A stretch of DNA of 64,000 nt from Phoronis australis (lineage: Eukaryota > Animalia > Phoronida), in the NCBI GenBank assembly GCA_002633005.1, contig NMRA01000022.1:1356518-1420517 (forward strand), given 5' to 3'. Within the stretch, counting starts at the first letter, position 1, and every line of letters begins with the position of its first letter. The position numbers and the translations under genes were made by a program. Of this stretch, positions 62,351-64,000 are shown in pieces. The notes beneath the pieces were generated by a model. That model did no database searches and had not been told where the DNA came from. It saw nothing but the letters and a program-made list of their open reading frames with translations.

Positions 62351-62969
62351 GAGCTCAACTGTCTTGTGGAACCATCGAACCACACGTCCTAACAACGACG
62401 TCAAACGAACGAACAAATCATATGCAGGAACCGCAATCGGAACTACAATTTCCATGTGGTTCGTACGGATGATTCGATGATGGTACAGTGTACGTATGAT
62501 TTTTGTAAGAGGATTGCTTAACCGTGCGAATGCATGAGTTTTTTTGTACGTCAGGTTGATGTCATGGCTCGAACGATTCAATGATTCGACCTAATGTTTC
62601 GGAGGCTCAAGTGTATAATTTGCCTCTTGCACAGGTTCAATTTCTACCCTTGTATCAATGTCGAAATAAATAATTACGCAGTTTAACACAAAAGTGGAAA
62701 AGGTCTGTGGTTGGAGTTTGTGTTAATCGCAAAGACGCAAGACCATGAATAGAGGTAATTTTATGGTCTAGTTAAAATAACCTCATCAAACGAACCGAGT
62801 GACGAAATAGAAACATCCGCGATTTGTCTTCTTGAGTCCGGGAAACAAAAATATTTGATATTTTCCTGCGAAATGATTTTCAAAGGGTTTTCGAAATAAG
62901 CGGATATGACCAAGACTTGCTAAAAGAACTAAATGTACATCAGTGTCCTTGATATTAAGTTCTACTTAC

Positions 62970-63072
62970 AGTTTTGACAACGTAGGGTAAATGTCCCAGG
63001 AAAGGGAACGGTAGAGGACCAGGCTGTCCTTCTCGGCGGGAGGGGTTGTGCACGCAAGCCATGTAGAAGTAG
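62970..63072 (-). CDS. CYP exon 2 (YFYMACV...PGPLPFPFLGHLPYVVKT)
   Basis: tttcag / GTAAGT; proline hinge. Confidence 0.88.
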
Positions 63073-64000
63073 CTGAAATTGAAATGAGGCTGTGTTCGAT
63101 AGGATTTTATTCATACTGTATGAATACAGGACAGTATCATAAACAAAAGTCGTCGACAGTAGAAAGATGCACTCCGAAAAGGCGCAACCACAATTTCTGG
63201 GATTCACATTTCCCGAACAAAAATTTTAAGCACCGATTTGTCTGACAACAGACCGCATTTTACACTTCAGTCCATCACTCATGCCAGTTTGTTTGCGTAA
63301 AGAGAATTCGACTAGCCAATCAGAAATGCCGGTGTACAAGAATTTCCTGAGGAAAATTAAGTAATACCTGCGTGCTGGCTCTGACCAACTAGCGGCACGC
63401 AGGAAACTAGCGAGCCAATGCGCCAGCACACTTCCACGTATAACAACATGTAAGGGACATCCTTGTTTATGGTCCACAGCGTTTGCGCGCCAACATGCTT
63501 CTTTCCGTAATGCTTATTACATGCTTTATATTCTGTGCAACCAGTTCATAGCAAAAGTTGTTTTTAAAATAGTCTTCAGTCGCCCAAAAGACCACATCCA
63601 TTTTTCGTGTTGGTATTAACCACGAGATTGCTTTGGAAATCGTCTAACTTTTAATGTTTGACAAAGAGAGATATATGAGTTTCTGAGTGATTCACTAAGG
63701 CTTCGATTAAAATGTGCATCTGACCAACAGCTTCTGTATCTTCATCGTCATTCAGAAAAAAATGAAGTAAATTTCTTCCTTGCACAGTGGAGCAGACAAC
63801 GGAAACGGAGTGGTAGTGCGCTGCACCACTGCCGGTCGCCTGGGATCTTACACACCTATCGACTGTGGGATCGCCAAAACTTAGCGGTGGTCTGAATCGT
63901 ACACTTGAAATTGGGTCTGAGCCCCCTTCCCTTACACAAACGCTCACACACAAACTAAAACTGCACACATTGATAAATCTTGTTTCAGCCGTATAATGTT

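Larger units (their letters stand above)
40348..63072 (-). other. Gene span: cytochrome P450, CYP3 clan (CYP3A-like); first exon (membrane anchor) not found, probably beyond 64000
   Basis: join(63072-62970,62087-62035,56836-56740,55270-55157,54775-54687,48685-48537,47686-47547,47136-47043,45871-45714,45465-45377,45020-44883,43723-43561,40425-40348), open throughout. [38 protein letters not shown]. Confidence 0.93.

Noticed and set aside
63226-63477. ORF with a phase-2 CAG|GTATTA donor as CYP exon 1
   Set aside because: No hydrophobic membrane anchor; the real first exon is more likely beyond the window.

Overview
AT-rich, intron-rich animal genomic DNA, probably from an invertebrate, with two assembly gaps (21025-21215, 51593-52462). 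Four spliced genes can be reconstructed by hand with consistent GT-AG phases. (1) The last five exons of PDIA4/ERp72 (+, ending KDEL at 4200). (2) A complete asparagine synthetase ASNS (-, 10 coding exons, 552 aa), tail-to-tail with PDIA4, whose likely promoter holds an exact TGATGAAAC amino-acid-response element and a CRE. (3) A secreted signal peptide + PAN/Apple + fibrinogen-domain (FReD) gene (-, 310 aa) joined by a 25-nt micro-exon; its last exon appears twice across a single N, probably two alleles. (4) A CYP3-clan cytochrome P450 (-, 13 exons in the window, first exon not found). Introns carry a decayed Ty3/Gypsy element with ~119-bp LTRs and a tRNA-Ser primer site, several non-autonomous DNA transposons (three with 5-bp TSDs), and tandem repeats. 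I see no wholly new system that the sequence alone can prove. The strongest leads are: at least 25 copies of TACATGTA with in-window evidence that they are TA>TACATGTA transposon excision footprints; the conserved ATF4-type element at ASNS; a CRE-bearing LTR followed by a perfect splice donor inside the CYP gene; a triplicated CYP splice acceptor; and hairpins at the start of ASNS intron 1.
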